In this document: positions 6,886 through 11,579 of the stretch, piece after piece
Layout of the letters: every line of letters begins with the position of its first letter
Position numbering within the stretch: the stretch's first letter is position 1
Assembly (NCBI GenBank): GCA_029838215.1
Contig: JALGVI010000088.1
Coordinates: 1 to 11,579, forward strand
DNA: 11,579 nt
Reading direction: 5' to 3'
Origin: Candidatus Helarchaeota archaeon
GTDB taxonomy: Archaea; Asgardarchaeota; Lokiarchaeia; Helarchaeales; RDOG01
Program-made: the position numbers and the translations under genes
The notes under the pieces: generated by a model
The model's database searches: none
Seen by the model: the letters and a program-made list of their open reading frames with translations, nothing else
What the model was told of the DNA's origin: nothing

Positions 6886-6895
6886 ATTTTATAAA

Positions 6896-9589
6896 TTGGT
6901 CTCTATTTCAAAAAGATTAATAATCAAGCAGGTCGCTGCAATTGTGGGTTTGATAATAATCATTCCCGTCATGACTATTCCCATCATTGAAGGATTGCCT
7001 CCGTTCGGCACGCTTTTTAACCCGATAGGAGGGATCTGGAATGGCATGTATTATGCTGAATATCCATATTTGATGTATGTGGATGGGCAAGGTCATTCAG
7101 GAACCGTTTATCGTGACGGGTATGGAATTCCTCACATATTTTGTTCCGAAGAAACGGATCTTTCTTTCATTGTCGGCTACCTGCAAGCACATGACCGCTT
7201 ATTTTCAATGGACATGCAACGTCGCCAGATCTCGGGTTGGTTGAGCGAGATACTTGGTCCCGGAACGGATGATGCAAATATTGAAATGGACAAACTCATG
7301 CGTCTTTTTGGTTTTCGACGACTGGCAGAAGAACTCTGGCAGAAGATGCAAGCGGATGCGCCTAATGACCCTGAGTTACAAAAGCTTAACGAGAACCTCG
7401 AGGCATATGCTGCAGGCGTGAATAAGTTCATCCTAGAATGTCTTCCATACAAGCTGCCTTTTGAGTACGTGTTTCTAGGCATTCAACCGAAGACATGGGA
7501 CGTGGTCGATACGCTCACGCTCGCAAAATACATGTCGTGGGCCTTATGCTTTAATGATGTTGACCTCGATTCGACCATCATTGCCAATGCTTATAATAAG
7601 AGCGTGGCGGCAAAACTTGTTCCGGAGGTTCCATTTGAGTTTGAAGATGTCGTGATTCCGAACTTCACCCAGCCAGAAAATGAATCGGATGGAAATCCCA
7701 TCATTACAATGGGTTTTGGTCCGTCTCCTGAAACGGATCCGAAGTTTCTTGAAAATGCTGCCGCACAAGCAAGCATTGTTAAAGATGCATTTAAGAAATT
7801 GGATAATACCCTTCGCGATTTAATCCGTTTTGATTGCTCCAATAATTGGGTTGTTAACGGTTCCTTGACGGATACGGGATATCCCATTCTTTGCGGAGAT
7901 CCTCACTTAATGTTAATGGTTCCTTCTGTATGGTGGTGCATGCAGTATGTCAACACGTCCAACCCTGACGATTGCTTCTACGGCGTTTCTTTCCCGGGAA
8001 CTCCACTAATCCAGATTGGATTCACGACACATACCGCATGGTCCGCAACCGTGACTGCCGTGGACGTGACGGATTTTTACTATGAAGAGTTTTCACAGGA
8101 TAAAACGCAATATAAGTTCAATAATACATGGCGAGATGTTTACACAAAAACAGAAACCATCTCGGTGCTAGGGCGGGCTCCTGTACAATTCGAAATGCGA
8201 TACACTAAACACGATTATAACTCTACGGATGATTTTTGGTGTCCGGTCATACCATCGGATTTCACGAGCACGTTTGGAAATTTCACGGACATCAGCATGA
8301 AAAGCACCTACATGCTTGCCGATTACGGAATATTGAAAGGCTTCTATAGATTGATAAAAACAAAGAGCTACCAAGATTACATCGAAGCATTAAAACCCTA
8401 TGGATATCCCGGGCAGAACTTTGTCTTTGCAGACACGCTCGGAAACATTGCACTATTCCCAAAATCGTTCTATCCGATACGAAACGCAACGGGAACGCAA
8501 CTTGATGAAGACGGATTCAGCAGGGGTCGTTTCATAATGAATGGATCATCGGGAAATGATGAATGGACGATGTACATACCATTCGAATGGATTCCGCATA
8601 AAGTCAACCCCGATCAAATGTATTTGGTTTCTGCAAACCAACGTACTGTTAATACTTCGGAATATCCATACTATCTCGGTTATGCATTTGCTGAAGGATA
8701 TCGAGGCAATCGAATCAACATGCTGATCCGGGAAAAAATAAGCCAAGGACAAAACATCACGGTTCAGGACATGATGAATTGGCAAAAAGACGTCTATGAT
8801 GTCGCCGCATCAGTCTTCGTTCCGCAACTTCTGGATGCGGCAAACCAATATTATGGCGGTAGTTTTGGCACGACTGCAGACCTGCTCAATCAGAGTCTTG
8901 AAATATTAACGCAATGGAATCAATCGGGGACGCAACAATACAGGATGCTCAAGGAGCTCATTGCACCTACAATCTTTGACTTCTGGCTAAAAAAATACTT
9001 GAATTTGACATTCATTGACGAGTGGACTGATGCTTCCATCGTTGGCAAGGCATCATTGCCGCAGACAATGCTCCTACAGAATCTCACCCTGAACGATCCA
9101 ACATCCCATTGGTTTAACCAAACAAGCACGGCAAAGACCGAAAACGCAAGCGATATCATGTTGCTGGCATTAAACGAGACTATTGACGAACTCTCAACAG
9201 AGTATGGTGCAAGCACTGCAAGTTGGATTTGGGGCGACATTCACAAGCTGAAGATACAATATTTGCAAGGCATGTTGCCTGCGTTTGACTATCCATACTA
9301 TAGCTTTGACGGAGGCGACCGAACGGTAATGGTCGCACACGGATTGGATGTCAAACTTGGACAAAGCATGCGGCTGATTGTTGATTTCTCCCGGTTGAAA
9401 GACACTTCTGATTTAACTCCTGTGTATCATTCCGTGCCAGGAGGACAAAACGGCAATCCCGCATCGTCCCATTATAGCGATCTCTTCGAGCTATGGCGAA
9501 CTTATGAGTATTTCCAACCGCTTTTTCCGCGGACAATCACCGCAATGCCCACCAATCAGATAATTTCCACGACGAGGTTTTTAGGATGA
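6896..9589 (+). CDS. Penicillin acylase family (peptidase S45) Ntn hydrolase with N-terminal signal/anchor; secreted or surface-exposed
   Basis: Motifs RDGYGIPHIF, GYLQAHDRLFSMDMQRR, SNNWVVNG (nucleophile Ser codon at 7838-7840), GDPHL, GVSFPG, GQNFVFAD, SANQR and PGGQNGNPASSHYSD. The N-terminal hydrophobic segment follows KR. The start is moved from ATG6836 to TTG6896 because GGTGGAGG (6878-6885) lies 10 nt upstream and the signal-like segment begins there. Confidence 0.92.
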   Translation: MVSISKRLIIKQVAAIVGLIIIIPVMTIPIIEGLPPFGTLFNPIGGIWNGMYYAEYPYLMYVDGQGHSGTVYRDGYGIPHIFCSEETDLSFIVGYLQAHDRLFSMDMQRRQISGWLSEILGPGTDDANIEMDKLMRLFGFRRLAEELWQKMQADAPNDPELQKLNENLEAYAAGVNKFILECLPYKLPFEYVFLGIQPKTWDVVDTLTLAKYMSWALCFNDVDLDSTIIANAYNKSVAAKLVPEVPFEFEDVVIPNFTQPENESDGNPIITMGFGPSPETDPKFLENAAAQASIVKDAFKKLDNTLRDLIRFDCSNNWVVNGSLTDTGYPILCGDPHLMLMVPSVWWCMQYVNTSNPDDCFYGVSFPGTPLIQIGFTTHTAWSATVTAVDVTDFYYEEFSQDKTQYKFNNTWRDVYTKTETISVLGRAPVQFEMRYTKHDYNSTDDFWCPVIPSDFTSTFGNFTDISMKSTYMLADYGILKGFYRLIKTKSYQDYIEALKPYGYPGQNFVFADTLGNIALFPKSFYPIRNATGTQLDEDGFSRGRFIMNGSSGNDEWTMYIPFEWIPHKVNPDQMYLVSANQRTVNTSEYPYYLGYAFAEGYRGNRINMLIREKISQGQNITVQDMMNWQKDVYDVAASVFVPQLLDAANQYYGGSFGTTADLLNQSLEILTQWNQSGTQQYRMLKELIAPTIFDFWLKKYLNLTFIDEWTDASIVGKASLPQTMLLQNLTLNDPTSHWFNQTSTAKTENASDIMLLALNETIDELSTEYGASTASWIWGDIHKLKIQYLQGMLPAFDYPYYSFDGGDRTVMVAHGLDVKLGQSMRLIVDFSRLKDTSDLTPVYHSVPGGQNGNPASSHYSDLFELWRTYEYFQPLFPRTITAMPTNQIISTTRFLG

Positions 9590-10020
9590 GTGAGAAAAAC
9601 GAATCATTTGTCGAGTGGTTTCGTAAAGACGATTGGTACCACGTGATCGTGGGCTTTACCCTTGCCTACTTGTGGGGCGTGATCTTGGAGTTCACGGGTG
9701 CATGGTACATGATGTTCGTTGCAGGTGCAATCGGAGGCATTTTTTCAAAGGTCGGTTGGAAATCTTTTCTCGTTGGATTTCTCGGCGTGCTGCTTTCATG
9801 GCTAACCATTTTTTGGTTGCAGATGTTGAACGGCTCGTTTCTTTCTCTAATGGACGTGCTGACGAACGTCATCGGTAGCATGCTCGGTATCACGATTCCG
9901 GCGATCTCGTTCTTTATCGTGGCCCTCCTACTCGGTGGCATTCTAGGTGGTGTTGGAGCTCTCAATGGTGGATATTTAACGTCAATCATCCTACAACTGT
10001 CGAAAAAGGACGAACAATAA
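9586..10020 (+). CDS. Gly-rich hypothetical integral membrane protein (about 4 TM helices), translationally coupled to the acylase
   Basis: ATGA overlap with the acylase stop (9586-9589). Hydrophobic segments carry small-residue motifs (VAGAIGGIF; LLLGGILGGVGALNGGYL). Confidence 0.8.
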   Translation: MSEKNESFVEWFRKDDWYHVIVGFTLAYLWGVILEFTGAWYMMFVAGAIGGIFSKVGWKSFLVGFLGVLLSWLTIFWLQMLNGSFLSLMDVLTNVIGSMLGITIPAISFFIVALLLGGILGGVGALNGGYLTSIILQLSKKDEQ

Positions 10021-10033
10021 TCCAAATCCCTTA

Positions 10034-10042
10034 TTTTTTTTT
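10034..10042 (+). terminator. Candidate oligo-T terminator after the acylase/membrane-protein pair
   Basis: T9 starting 13 nt after the stop at 10020. Confidence 0.5.
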
Positions 10043-10059
10043 CTCGAGTACGATTTTAA

Positions 10060-10716
10060 ATGATGGATCTTCACGTTCATACGATATTTTCGGATGGCAC
10101 TTGCAGCATTCAGGAGGCATGCTCGGTCGCCGCAAGAAAAAACCTGACTACCATTGCAATTTCGGATCACTTCACGACGACGTGGAAAAGCTCCGCCATA
10201 ACAACGGTGACGCTCGATTCCGTAACACATTATTTAAAAGCAATTGAAATTGCGAAAATGCTCACGCCAATTAAGGTCATTCCTGCCATTGAGATAGATT
10301 GCGGCTCGAGTTGGGAAATCATCGCCAAGTTGCCATTATCGAAATTCGCACTCATCAACTTTGAATACGTCACCAGGTTAGAGCAAGTAGAAAAAATAAT
10401 CGAATTGCGTGAAAGTCTTGACCTCTCGAACACAATCTTCTCGCTTGCCCATTCCGCGATTTTCATGTATGCTTCGGAAAAGGAGCTTGATCCCATCATT
10501 TCGTGCTTGACGGAAAATGACATTGCAATGGAATTGAATTCCCGTTACGCGCACTATTTTCGGCAAGCAGAACCGATTTTTAGGCTTTTAATTGAAAAAG
10601 AAGTCAAGTTCTCGATTGGTTCGGATGCTCATTTCCCTGAAGATATTGGAAATGTCCAAGAACAATATTCATTTCTCGAGAAATTAAGCGGAAGCCACCT
10701 GCTCCTTAAATTTTAA
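10060..10716 (+). CDS. PHP-domain metal-dependent phosphoesterase (YcdX/HisJ/PolX-PHP-like)
   Basis: DLHVHT (H5, H7), SDG (D12), SDH (H37), IEID (E78), LAH (H131), MELNS and GSDAH (D189, H191). Confidence 0.9.
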   Translation: MMDLHVHTIFSDGTCSIQEACSVAARKNLTTIAISDHFTTTWKSSAITTVTLDSVTHYLKAIEIAKMLTPIKVIPAIEIDCGSSWEIIAKLPLSKFALINFEYVTRLEQVEKIIELRESLDLSNTIFSLAHSAIFMYASEKELDPIISCLTENDIAMELNSRYAHYFRQAEPIFRLLIEKEVKFSIGSDAHFPEDIGNVQEQYSFLEKLSGSHLLLKF

Positions 10717-11579
10717 TTCAATCCTATCTTTTCGATGATGTCCCTGTAATATGGGCGCTCCTTAATCTCTTTTTTCTCATCAATGGTAAGAGCAAACCAA
10801 ATCATTTCGATCATGTCCTTCATCTTGAGAACATCATCCAATGTCAAATTTTGCGTCTTCAACTCCTGCTCAAGTTTTTCCCAATTTCTTTCTTGTTTGG
10901 GAGTAGGTCGCGGTTCTTCCTTGACAACCTCGATCTCCTTCTCGGGCAGAGTTATCTTTATCTCGTATGGTTTAATCGGCTTTTTACTCGGCAACTCGGG
11001 TTCAATTTTTTTGGTTACTGAAGGCACGGGGGGAACTTCTTGTTTTGGTTCAGGTGCAGGTTTTGGTGAAGTAATTGGAACCGTTTTCACGTCTTTTTTG
11101 GGTTTTACTGGCATCTTTTCCTTCAACGAAGGCAGAGATGGTGTTTCTTCTTTAGTTTCTACGGGTGCGGGTTTTGGTAACGTGGAGATCATTATGTCGA
11201 TTGAACTGGTTTTTGCTTTTTCTTCAATCTTCTTGATCGCGTCCTTTCCTCTTGCCAATATTTCACTAAATTCATCTATTTCCTCGGAATATTCTTTAAA
11301 TTTTTTACGAATCCTTTTCCAACTCGTTTCCCATTTAGGAGCGAGCTTGTAAATGAGAACATCAAAGGCATTTCGGTCTGCTTGAATTATCTTGTTGAAA
11401 TTCAAGAAATCAATTATCTTCAAGAGATTCAAGTGATTGATATTAGAATGAATGACCAACTCTTCATCTGTAAGCCCTGCAGGAGAATTTTTCATTGTCG
11501 CAATGATTTTTTCTGCATCCCGAAGCTGTGTTTCATCTAAAACTTCAAGGAGTTCCGGGGGTTTTTCAAGGATTCCCGT
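10713..11579 (-). CDS. Hypothetical protein, 5'-truncated by the window edge; putative winged helix + helical region + Pro/Lys/Glu-rich linker + small C-terminal helical domain
   Basis: The frame stays open upstream of ATG11495 to the window edge, adding TGILEKPPELLEVLDETQLRDAEKIIAT, so ATG11495 is probably internal. The stop overlaps the PHP stop in TTAA (10713-10716). Confidence 0.75.
   Translation of the reverse strand, partial: TGILEKPPELLEVLDETQLRDAEKIIATMKNSPAGLTDEELVIHSNINHLNLLKIIDFLNFNKIIQADRNAFDVLIYKLAPKWETSWKRIRKKFKEYSEEIDEFSEILARGKDAIKKIEEKAKTSSIDIMISTLPKPAPVETKEETPSLPSLKEKMPVKPKKDVKTVPITSPKPAPEPKQEVPPVPSVTKKIEPELPSKKPIKPYEIKITLPEKEIEVVKEEPRPTPKQERNWEKLEQELKTQNLTLDDVLKMKDMIEMIWFALTIDEKKEIKERPYYRDIIEKIGLN

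Noticed and set aside
6836-6895. ORF-track start ATG6836 for the acylase
   Set aside because: The extra 20 codons are not signal-like and contain an RBS (GGTGGAGG) correctly spaced for TTG6896. ATG6836 directly follows the TATA-like box and has no RBS.
7177-10025. Several minus-strand ORFs within the acylase and membrane-protein genes (e.g. 7177-7482, 8920-9240, 9666-10025)
   Set aside because: They are short antisense shadows with no independent features.
10783-11352. 189-aa plus-strand ORF, hydrophobic and Ser/Gly/Phe-rich
   Set aside because: It is the antisense shadow of the Pro/Lys/Glu-rich minus-strand gene, whose codons give exactly this composition on the opposite strand.
1-11579. 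CRISPR arrays, tRNA/rRNA genes, IS elements or prophage genes
   Set aside because: No regularly spaced repeats, cloverleaf or T-loop motifs, transposase/integrase motifs or terminal inverted repeats were seen, and nearly all of the sequence is accounted for by CDSs.

Overview
This 11.6-kb window is gene-dense and AT-rich, with 11 protein-coding genes (the last runs off the right edge). No rRNA, tRNA, CRISPR array or mobile element is recognisable. Gene order: [4Fe-4S]-ferredoxin/nitroreductase (+); then, on the minus strand, a GalT-like HIT nucleotidyltransferase, a HEAT-repeat protein with two C-terminal TM helices, two adjacent paralogous proteins with an apparent longin + winged-helix architecture (one with an N-terminal TM anchor, one soluble) and a long-chain acyl-CoA ligase; then, on the plus strand, a 93-aa membrane protein, a penicillin-acylase-family (S45) Ntn hydrolase rich in N-glycosylation sequons, a translationally coupled Gly-rich membrane protein and a PHP-family metallo-phosphoesterase; finally a 5'-truncated minus-strand protein with a putative winged helix and a long Pro/Lys/Glu linker. 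The host is probably an archaeon, most plausibly an Asgard (Lokiarchaeia-like) lineage. This is inferred from GGTGA-type RBSs, TATA-like boxes, oligo-T tracts after stop codons, sequon enrichment and the longin-like domains. The best candidate for an undescribed system is the tandem longin-WH pair beside a membrane HEAT protein. The second is the divergent acyl-CoA ligase / surface amidase module. All product and fold calls come from motif reading by eye, not database searches.
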